Assembly: GCF_035285525.1 (NCBI RefSeq)
Contig: NZ_JAYKGW010000122.1
Coordinates: 1 to 15,341 of the forward strand
Reading direction: 5' to 3'
Length of the DNA: 15,341 nt
Origin: Okeania sp.
GTDB taxonomy: Bacteria; Cyanobacteriota; Cyanobacteriia; Cyanobacteriales; Microcoleaceae
Shown here: positions 8,993 to 15,341 of the stretch, piece by piece
Layout: the number at the start of each line of letters is the position of its first letter
How positions within the stretch are numbered: the first letter of the stretch is position 1
Translations under genes and position numbers: made by a program
The notes under the pieces: model-generated
Databases searched by the model: none
Told to the model about the DNA's origin: nothing
What the model saw: the letters and a program-made list of their open reading frames with translations, nothing else

Positions 8993-9104
8993 CTAGGGAA
9001 CAGGGAACAGAAGACTATCAAAGGGTTTTTCCTACAGGGAAATGCTCCGCGAACAGAATTTAGAAATGACTGCGCCCTTTGCTTCAACTACTATATCAGT
9101 TATT
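8993..9104 (-). repeat. Upstream repeat module, copy B (5' of lipB)
   Basis: The reverse complement reads AATAACTGATATAGTAGTTGAAGCAAAGGGCGCAGTCATTTCTAAATTCTG..[~40-nt extra]..CTTCTGTTCCCTGTTCCCTAG. It is collinear with 6071..6159 and has the same orientation relative to the downstream gene. Confidence 0.8.
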
Positions 9105-9469
9105 AGTACCTCATGGAATAGGGAAGTTTGAAATACTGAATCGAATTTTTTCATATCTTAAAATTGAAGGCTTGAACCCCTGTTTTTGGTTATTTGAGAA
9201 TAAGGAATCGAGGAGTATAGTCAAGGTAGGAATGGTGGGGAAAATCAGAAAAATGACATAATTTTAACTCAAAAGTAAAATCAAATGTATGATCCAGAAA
9301 TTATTAATTATTCCTGACTTTTTTTCTATTCCCTGTTCCCTTTTGTTGCCAAAAAATCAAGAACTGTTAAGAGATAAAAAGGATTATTAAAGATAGGATG
9401 TTGTAGAGAATACAAAGTGCTAATATAAATCATATTACAGTAACCCCAAAATACTAGCGGAGGGAGCTT

Positions 9470-10045
9470 ATGAAGCTTGTTATTCAGGGTAAAAACATTG
9501 AAATAACCGATTCTATTAATGAGTATGTCAACGAAAAAATTGAAAAAGCAGTTAGTCATTTTCAGCAACTCACTACAGAAGTAGATGTACATTTGTCCGT
9601 AGCGAAAAATCCACGCATAAATCCTAAGCAAGCGGCAGAAGTAACTATTTACGCAAATGGTACAGTCATTCGTGCTCAGGAAAGTAGCGAGAATTTGTAT
9701 GCTAGTATTGACTTAGTAGCAGATAAAATTGCACGGCAACTGAGAAAGTATAAAGAAAAGCGTCAATCTAAGCTTAGTAAAGCTAAGACTGTGGAAATGA
9801 TTGAATCAGAAGTAGTGGAAAATTTAATTGGCGATCGCCAACCAGAGCTACCGAGTGAAGTAGTACGGACTAAATATTTTGCTATGCCTCCTATGACTGT
9901 AGAAGAAGCTCTGGAGCAGCTACAATTTATTGACCATGACTTCTATATGTTTTCTAATTCAGCGACTGGTGAAATAAATGTTATTTACAAACGTTATCAT
10001 CATGGTGGTTATGGTTTAATTCAACCACGACTTAATAATGGATAA
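9470..10045 (+). CDS. hpf: Ribosome hibernation promoting factor, long form (LrtA-like)
   Basis: 191-aa ORF. The N-terminal S30AE/HPF domain is [28 protein letters not shown]. The C-terminal dimerisation domain is [41 protein letters not shown] is at 9459..9465. Confidence 0.93.
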   Translation: MKLVIQGKNIEITDSINEYVNEKIEKAVSHFQQLTTEVDVHLSVAKNPRINPKQAAEVTIYANGTVIRAQESSENLYASIDLVADKIARQLRKYKEKRQSKLSKAKTVEMIESEVVENLIGDRQPELPSEVVRTKYFAMPPMTVEEALEQLQFIDHDFYMFSNSATGEINVIYKRYHHGGYGLIQPRLNNG

Positions 10046-10085
10046 TTGATACATTTGGTTAAATCTACTCGGTTTTAGCTAGAGG

Positions 10086-10135
10086 TAATTAATAATTGAT
10101 AATCATAGATAGTTTCCATTATCAATTATTAATTA
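10086..10135 (+). terminator. Long AT-rich hairpin downstream of hpf (possible terminator)
   Basis: Perfect 18-bp arms TAATTAATAATTGATAAT (10086..10103) and ATTATCAATTATTAATTA (10118..10135) with a 14-nt loop, 41 nt after the hpf stop. There is no clean U-tract, so function is uncertain. Confidence 0.3.
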
Positions 10136-10140
10136 TTAAT

Positions 10141-10436
10141 TAGGGTTTGCTGAATAAATTTGAAAAGATTGATAGATAAAAGATTTTAGCATTTTTAGAG
10201 ATAAAAAAGTACCTTCTTTTTGTCTGATAAGGCACGGTTCCCGAAAAATCAAAAAGTTTGTGTTTGTATTTGGTTAAGAGTTGGGCAAAGTTGGGGAAGG
10301 GATAATTTTGCCGAGTACCTCCTACTCCTATACAACTCCTTATTCATCTTAAACTTCCCCTCCTGGGAGGGGTTAGGTTAGGGGTGGGTTTAGTCCCTAC
10401 TCTCTACCAAGTGCAAAAAGACTTTTTCAGCAAAGC
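10141..10436 (-). mobile_element. MITE-like nonautonomous element, copy E2 (296 bp)
   Basis: Termini TAGGGTTTGCTGAA (10141..10154) and TTCAGCAAAGC (10426..10436). The reverse complement is collinear with E1 at both ends. The interior carries the GC-rich hairpin CCCCTCCTGGGAGGGG. It fills the convergent hpf/bcp intergenic region. Confidence 0.65.
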
Positions 10437-10455
10437 AATAATTATTAATTATTAG

Positions 10456-10911
10456 TTATCCCATGTCTTTTAATATTTTTAAAGCTTCTTTAGAATGAGC
10501 GTCAAAGTCGAGCATAGAGTCAAAAATATGACGGATAATTCCTTCTTTATCTATAACGTAAGTAACTCTACCTGGAAGTATCCAAAGTGTAGCAGGTACA
10601 TCATATAATTGTCTAACTTTATTATCAGTATCGCATAAGAGAGTAAAAGGTAAATTATATTTAGTTGTAAATTGTTGATGAGATTTTTGGGTGTCTCCAC
10701 TAATGCCAATAATTTCAGCATCAACATCTGTAAATACTTCGTATTGGTCTCGAAATGCACAAGCTTCCTTAGTACATCCTGGTGTATTGTCTTTAGGATA
10801 AAAGTAAATAACAACATTTTTCTTACCCCGGAAATCAGAGAGAGAAACTTGGGTTCCCTCTTGGGATGGTAAGGTAAATTCGGGCGCTTTATCTCCTACA
10901 TTAATTTTCAT
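10456..10911 (-). CDS. bcp: Thiol peroxidase, Bcp/PrxQ-type peroxiredoxin
   Basis: 151-aa ORF with the peroxiredoxin active site [15 protein letters not shown] (peroxidatic Cys in PGCT, second Cys 5 residues later as in PrxQ/Bcp). Confidence 0.9.
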   Translation of the reverse strand: MKINVGDKAPEFTLPSQEGTQVSLSDFRGKKNVVIYFYPKDNTPGCTKEACAFRDQYEVFTDVDAEIIGISGDTQKSHQQFTTKYNLPFTLLCDTDNKVRQLYDVPATLWILPGRVTYVIDKEGIIRHIFDSMLDFDAHSKEALKILKDMG

Positions 10912-11133
10912 AGTTAATATTTTGAGTCAAAGATTTTTGGGTGCTATGTTAACTTTTGTTATCTTATATCATGTCCGGTTAAATAGTTAAACTTTGGAGG
11001 AAGAAAGGCAAAAGGCAGAAGGGAAAGAATCAGGTGAGAAGGGACTAAAATTTTTCATCAACTAATTATCCAGATTCTATATGACTCCTGAGTCCTTCCT
11101 ATTTCTAAAAGACTTCAATCAGCAAAACCTAAG

Positions 11134-11376
11134 TAGGGCTTGGTGATTAAATATAGAAGCATTAATAGATAAAGGTTTGAACAATTTTAGGTACTAAAAA
11201 AGTGCCAGCTTTTCTGTTGATGGAACGGAAAAAATGAGGATTTTGGGGTAATTATAACAGAAAAACTAAGGTGGGATGATGAATGACGACCTCTTCCAAA
11301 AAAACCCGTATTTCTTAAATACTACTCCCTACTCTCCACTCCTTACCGTGACAAAAAGACTTTCTATAAGCAAATC
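11134..11376 (-). mobile_element. MITE-like nonautonomous element, copy E3 (degenerate)
   Basis: The left end TAGGGCTTGGTGATTAAATATAGAAGCATTAATAGATAAAGG parallels the E2 left end. The right end AAAAAGACTTTCTATAAGCAAATCCTA is a decayed version of AAAAAGACTTTTTCAGCAAAGC. A further solo end (AAAAGACTTCAATCAGCAAAACCTA, 11107..11131) directly abuts it. The element abuts the stop of the GT4 gene. Confidence 0.5.
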
Positions 11377-12603
11377 CTAAGTATCACTGAGCATAATTTG
11401 TTCTTCCCAGATTTTAACTAAGTTAGTTACTGCATTATCCCAACTATATTTAGCAACAGTTTTTTTGGCATTAATACCCATTTCTTTTCGTAAATTAGTA
11501 TCCTCAATTAACAGCTTTAATTTCTCAAAAAAACTTTCTTGATTTCCTGGTATAAATAATAAACCATTCCTACTATCTTGAATATTTTCTGTAACTCCTC
11601 CTGCTTGAGGAGCAACTACTGGAATACCTGCAGCAAAAGCTTCTAATACAGTTAAACCTCTAGTTTCTTTTTCTGAAGTTGTGACATGAAAATCACTATT
11701 TTTCAAAATATTAGGTACATTCTCAGGAGGTATTCTACCTAATAAATAAACATGATTTGTTATTTGAGATAATTTGTTTGATATTTGGTCACGCATCGGA
11801 CCATCTCCAGCGATTATTATGGCAATATTGTCTAGATTTACTAATTGCTGAAGTTTAACAAAAGCATCTAAGGTAAATTTCCAACCTTTATCTTCGGTTA
11901 GTCTACCTAGAAATATTATTTTGACTTTGTTATCTAAATTAGGAATTTGATAATTTAGCTGCCAAAAATTAGGTATTATTGTGGCTGACTCAAATTTTTC
12001 GATATCAAAACCATGAAAGTTGACATACATAGGATTTTTGATACCCATGTCAACAATTTTTTGATAAGTAATAGTGCTAGAAACTAATGTCAAATCATAT
12101 TGATTGTAAATTGAGACAAAACTTTTTTTAAAGATTAATTGTAACATCAGATTAATTCCTTTTGGTAAAGGCAAAAAATCTTCAAAATATTCGATAAAGT
12201 TAGTTCTAAAAGTACAAACGCAGGGAATATTATTTTGTCGAGAAAATTCGATTCCAGGTAAACGAAAAAAAGCAAAAAATAATCTTTCTGGTTCATCTAC
12301 ATGAATAATGTCTGGCTGAAATTTTTCTAATTCTCGAATGACTATTTTATAAGTGTTAAGTCCTACATTTCTATCAAAATCTAGAAATGGGGTACTAGGT
12401 AAATTAATAACTTCAACTCCAGGAAAAATATTACCTGTATAATTTTTCCAATTAGGATATAAATGAGCAAGTGGACTATAGTCTGGGCAAAATAATAAGA
12501 CTTGATGTCCGAATTGACTTAGTTTTTGAACTCGATAATAGCCACTGACGGTTACTCCATCTAATACAGGTAAAAATCCAGAAGCAATAATAGCAATTTT
12601 CAT
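11377..12603 (-). CDS. GT4-family (group 1) glycosyltransferase
   Basis: 408-aa ORF. The N-terminus MKIAIIASGFLPVLDGVTV is typical of GT-B/GT4 enzymes. The C-terminal EX7E-type region is SEKETRGLTVLEAFAAGIPVVAPQAGGVTENI. The acceptor cannot be inferred. Confidence 0.85.
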   Translation of the reverse strand: MKIAIIASGFLPVLDGVTVSGYYRVQKLSQFGHQVLLFCPDYSPLAHLYPNWKNYTGNIFPGVEVINLPSTPFLDFDRNVGLNTYKIVIRELEKFQPDIIHVDEPERLFFAFFRLPGIEFSRQNNIPCVCTFRTNFIEYFEDFLPLPKGINLMLQLIFKKSFVSIYNQYDLTLVSSTITYQKIVDMGIKNPMYVNFHGFDIEKFESATIIPNFWQLNYQIPNLDNKVKIIFLGRLTEDKGWKFTLDAFVKLQQLVNLDNIAIIIAGDGPMRDQISNKLSQITNHVYLLGRIPPENVPNILKNSDFHVTTSEKETRGLTVLEAFAAGIPVVAPQAGGVTENIQDSRNGLLFIPGNQESFFEKLKLLIEDTNLRKEMGINAKKTVAKYSWDNAVTNLVKIWEEQIMLSDT

Positions 12604-12610
12604 AAAATAA

Positions 12611-12638
12611 GGAAGAAGTAAGAAGGAAGAAGTAAGAA
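12611..12638. repeat. Perfect 14-bp tandem repeat (GGAAGAAGTAAGAA x2) in the GT4 leader
   Basis: Read directly. On the coding (minus) strand it gives a pyrimidine-rich leader, TTCTTACTTCTTCC x2, ending 7 nt before the ATG. No SD sequence is present. Confidence 0.9.
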
Positions 12639-13031
12639 GTTAGGAAAGAAAGAAAGTTGAATCTTTAGCTAATAGATTATTAATAAATAGTCGTGCTAAA
12701 TTAATTTCCTAGTTGAGAGAGGTCATTTCAGTTATCAGTTATCATTAGAGAGCGAACCTCTGAATTTAGTCGGAGGCTTGAAATACTGAGTTAAAATTTT
12801 TTCATCCCCGAACAAGGGGAGGTTTTATACCTCTTTTTTGGTAACAGGAAGCATTTAACAAGGAACAGGAAGAAAAAATTGATAGATAATTTATTAATAA
12901 CATTAGAGATGTTTAATAGTGAAACTGTAAAAATGTCTTCTTGCATTAATTTTATTGTTTGAATATTTTTTGGCTCAAGTGCATAATTTTACTTCACAAA
13001 CGTAAGCATTTCCTGGGGAATGCTGCGCAAA

Positions 13032-13392
13032 CAGCTATTAGCTATTTATCAGTTAGCCTCCTGGGTCGGAGCTTTGCTAACAGCAATAAGAACCTATGTT
13101 TTAAAGATAGGTTTTAAGTTTAAGTGAATATAGACTTTAGAGCTAGCTTTTATAGTAAAATTTTTCTAGCTTAATTAATCAAGCTTTTATCATTCACTAA
13201 AAGCAATAGCTGAATTTGGCAGTTACCGAAGAAGTAATAATTAAATAATTCGCCCCTTGAAGCCTCCCCTTTAAAAGGGAAAAAAATTTATTTTTTCCTT
13301 TTATTCAATCCTATCCGTTTTTAGGGAGAAGTAATTATCAATTATCCATTATTGAAGACCCAGGAGGTTAGCTGATAGCTGACGGCTGAATG
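13032..13392. repeat. ~360-bp segment bounded by ~35-bp imperfect inverted repeats (second MITE-like family, AGCTGA-rich ends)
   Basis: Left arm CAGCTATTAGCTATTTATCAGTTAGCCTCCTGGGTC (13032..13067). Right arm GACCCAGGAGGTTAGCTGATAGCTGACGGCTGAATG (13357..13392). No ORF inside. A solo end-like copy, ATTCAGCCGTCAGCTAACCTCCT, lies at about 7143..7165. Confidence 0.55.
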
Positions 13393-13451
13393 TTTGCTCA
13401 CAAACTTACGAAAAGAACGTTTAAATTTTGGGTTTCAAACTATTTCTTTCA

Positions 13452-13674
13452 TTAATATTCTGTTAGAGTTGCTTGTAACTCAGTAATAATATTTTCTATA
13501 AGCTGAGACTTTAATTCTCCTCGATAAAAAGAGGTGGTCGTTTATGAATGCATCTTGAGCTATTTTTTCTCGACTAGCTTCAATCATTTTATTTTTCACA
13601 ATTTATAATAACATTTATGTTTGTTCAACAGGAAGTTGATTAACTATTATAATAGCTTCTTCTAGTGTTGCCAT
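13452..13674 (-). pseudogene. Decayed small ORF (antitoxin-like small cyanobacterial protein?)
   Basis: One minus-strand frame reads MATLEEAIIIVNQLPVEQT*MLL*IVKNKMIEASREKIAQDAF.., then shifts frame to ..GELKSQLIENIITELQATLTEY*. It looks protein-like but has two in-frame stops and one frameshift. Family assignment is from memory only. Confidence 0.3.
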
Positions 13675-14043
13675 AATGTACATTCTCCTAATTTAATTAC
13701 TATTCTTTTGCCTAAATTATAACTTAGCTCCAATTCGACATAATAAATCTCTAAACTATAAATCAAAAATTTTCCTATTCATCTGATATTTTGTACTCCT
13801 TTTTTTTACAAAACTAATTTTGATGATGGTGCTACCTAAAGTAACGATTTTCTCAGATACAACTGTTAATAAATTTGAGCAATATCATTAAATTTATAGG
13901 ACTATAATTCTCATATACTTAGTGTCACTTGCCTTGCCTATTTTTGTGACACTTTCAGTTTCAATTAGTCACAAATACAAGTAAAACTTAACTTAATAGT
14001 AAGTAGACACAAATTCAATCACTCTAAATTAGGGGTCAATTTT

Positions 14044-14405
14044 ATGGAAAACAAACACACACAAATCATATTTAATCATGAAGAACTATCATCCTGGAAT
14101 GCGAGTACAGAAAAAAAGTACAAAAAACAATAATAGCTCAATAGCCCTTAACTTCTAGTTGGAAAAAGCTGATTAATCAATACGCCACATTAGCTTCTTT
14201 ACCTGAATTAAATTCGGAACAAGAAGAGCAATTAGGTGAAATACTTGAGCAAGCTAACCAGAACAAAATTTTAGCTTTTTGGATTTCTGAAGTAGACTAT
14301 ATTTTAGACGAAGGTTTAGGTTTGTTACAGCCAGAAGACCTCAATTACTATGAAGCTAAAAAAGCACTTTTGACGGAAAATTGGTTGAGAACCTACAATG
14401 CTTAG
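14044..14405 (+). pseudogene. Decayed gene of unknown function
   Basis: ATG at 14044 gives MENKHTQIIFNHEELSSWNASTEKKYKKQ**. A shifted frame then continues for 87 start-less codons (PLTSSWKKLINQYATLASLPELNSEQEEQLGEILEQANQNKILAFWISEVDYILDEGLGLLQPEDLNYYEAKKALLTENWLRTYNA*). A hairpin at 14462..14492 follows. Confidence 0.3.
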
Positions 14406-14461
14406 ATATTGATAATTACGATTGCTACAAATTAGAAAATCAACTGCTATAAAAAAAATTT

Positions 14462-14492
14462 TAGCCCCTTTCTTTTTTTAGGAAAGGGGCTA
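14462..14492. terminator. Putative bidirectional intrinsic terminator
   Basis: 11-bp stem TAGCCCCTTTC / GAAAGGGGCTA with a 9-nt loop. It is preceded by A8TTTT (a U-run for minus-strand transcripts) and followed by TTT. Confidence 0.45.
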
Positions 14493-14705
14493 TTTGGAGA
14501 TAATATTAAACTTACCAAAAAAGTTATTCAAAATGATTATAAAATCATAAAGTACAGAATAATCAAAGTTGTTTTTTTCACTTTAGTTGAACAAAAGTAG
14601 GTTATGATCAGGATTTTAGTTGTACAAAATAGATAATTTAGCAACATTTTTAGCCAGAATGCACCAGACTTATAAATTGAGAAAGTCTCGATTCTTTTTA
14701 TCGTA

Positions 14706-14909
14706 TTATTGTTTCTGATTCAATTTTGCTTGAAAAATTTCCTCAATTTCTTCTCTGTCAATTTCTGATGGTGGAGGATACTTAAAATTTTCCTTTTTCC
14801 GAGTGATTAACAGTTCTAATGCTTGGCTAAATTTGTCTTCATCATTGCGATTTTCTGAAAGATATTGACCAAGTTCTTTATTATTCATTTGTGAAAGTGA
14901 TTTTTTCAT
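14706..14909 (-). CDS. Small cyanobacterial protein, DUF6887-like (67 aa)
   Basis: MKKSLSQMNNKELGQYLSENRNDEDKFSQALELL...KYPPPSEIDREEIEEIFQAKL fits my memory of the DUF6887 pattern (S.M...EL..Y....R.D.E.....YP.P...E..E.I...KL). Unverified without an HMM search. Confidence 0.65.
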   Translation of the reverse strand: MKKSLSQMNNKELGQYLSENRNDEDKFSQALELLITRKKENFKYPPPSEIDREEIEEIFQAKLNQKQ

Positions 14910-15100
14910 ATTTCAAAATCTCAATTTCTATCTTGGTTGATTACAATTTCTAAACCATCATTTATTCCTGCTAAAATGTAAATTATTTTTAGTCTTTGAT
15001 CCCCAAATAAATTGATTTGTTGATAAAGATTTGATAGTAACTGGCAAATAAAAATTGCAGTTTCTTTATTGTTTATCTGTGAGCAAAAATTAACTCCTTT
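14906..15100 (-). pseudogene. DUF6888-like small ORF, no start codon and a premature TGA
   Basis: The minus-strand frame reads KGVNFCSQINNKETAIFICQLLSNLYQQINLFGDQRLKIIYILAGINDGLEIVINQDRN*DFEI*. The terminal TGA (14906..14908) overlaps the ATG of the 14909 gene as ATGA. The internal TGA at 14921..14923 sits where a Trp (TGG) would fit. There is no ATG/GTG/TTG in frame. Confidence 0.4.
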
Positions 15101-15222
15101 TCATAATTTAAAAATTGACTAAAAGTTTGTTCAATTTTTTCTAAGTAACTTTTCTTGAAAAACATAATTTTGAAGATATTTATTACGGTAAAATACTTAC
15201 ATGGAATAGGTTGTAATTACTA

Positions 15223-15341
15223 TAGTCATTCTGAATAAGAGTGGTACAATATAAAGAGTAAAATATAAATCATTTTAAATAATGTCTTACAGTCTAGATT
15301 TACGAACAAGAGTCATTGATTATATAGAAAACGGAGGAAGT
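15223..15341 (+). mobile_element. IS630-family insertion sequence, copy B, inner end only (element continues beyond window end)
   Basis: Exact inverted copy of 31..149, preceded by TA (15221..15222). Confidence 0.75.
15282..15341 (+). CDS. IS630-family transposase, N-terminal 20 codons (partial)
   Basis: ATG at 15282. Translation is MSYSLDLRTRVIDYIENGGS, identical to the copy A ORF. Confidence 0.75.
   Translation, partial: MSYSLDLRTRVIDYIENGGS

Noticed and set aside
9079-9631. ORFs 9079..9261 (+) and 9326..9631 (-)
   Set aside because: The first sits in repeat-derived intergenic DNA. The second is antisense to the well-supported hpf 5' end and its RBS. Neither shows a recognisable motif.
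10551-10872. ORFs 10551..10817 (-) and 10672..10872 (+) within the peroxiredoxin gene
   Set aside because: These are alternative or antisense frames of the confidently identified bcp/prxQ CDS.
6745-14705. tRNA, tmRNA, RNase P RNA, 6S RNA or riboswitch in the long noncoding tracts
   Set aside because: I found no T-loop GGTTCGAATCC-type motif, cloverleaf or other conserved core motifs that I can recognise by eye. This cannot be excluded without covariance-model scans (tRNAscan-SE, Infernal/Rfam).
15104-15165. 30-codon minus-strand ORF MFFKKSYLEKIEQTFSQFLNYEKELIFAHR* as the missing N-terminus of the DUF6888-like frame
   Set aside because: It is in a different frame, has no resemblance to the expected family N-terminus, and is too short and AT-biased to support.
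152-15220. Interpreting the IS-bracketed segment as an accessory or cargo island (defence, resistance)
   Set aside because: The cargo is core housekeeping (ssb, lipB, hpf, a peroxiredoxin, nucleotide-sugar metabolism). The bracket is therefore more likely two independent IS insertions in the chromosome than a mobilised cargo transposon. It is kept only as a structural finding.

Overview
AT-rich cyanobacterial chromosomal DNA. Evidence: four HIP1 octamers GCGATCGC (1936, 4030, 8890, 9831), GGGAACA/GGGAATA heptamer arrays and cyanobacterial-type housekeeping proteins. The very low coding density and repeat load suggest a Trichodesmium-like filamentous cyanobacterium, but that is inference only. 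The window is one ~15.07-kb segment bracketed by two identical, inverted, outward-reading copies of an IS630-family insertion sequence: 31..151 is the exact reverse complement of 15221..15341 (121/121 nt). Between them are nine apparently intact genes: a SAM-dependent methyltransferase, a small membrane protein, an 843-aa nucleotidyltransferase/phosphohexomutase-like fusion, ssb, lipB, hpf/lrtA, a bcp/prxQ peroxiredoxin, a GT4 glycosyltransferase and a DUF6887-like small protein. These intact CDSs cover only about 46% of the window. The rest is a multiply disrupted orphan phnE relic, at least three decayed small genes, two ORF-free tracts (1.55 kb and 2.1 kb), three tandem duplications (172, 68 and 212 bp), at least two families of ~300-bp inverted-repeat-bounded MITE-like elements, and a repeat module shared by the ssb and lipB upstream regions. 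I found no tRNA, rRNA, CRISPR array or recognisable defence or biosynthetic operon. The points most worth follow-up are the repeat and noncoding architecture, the IS-bracketed geometry, and the degenerate catalytic motifs in the mutase-like half of the 843-aa protein. All similarity calls are by eye or from memory of family motifs; no database search was run.
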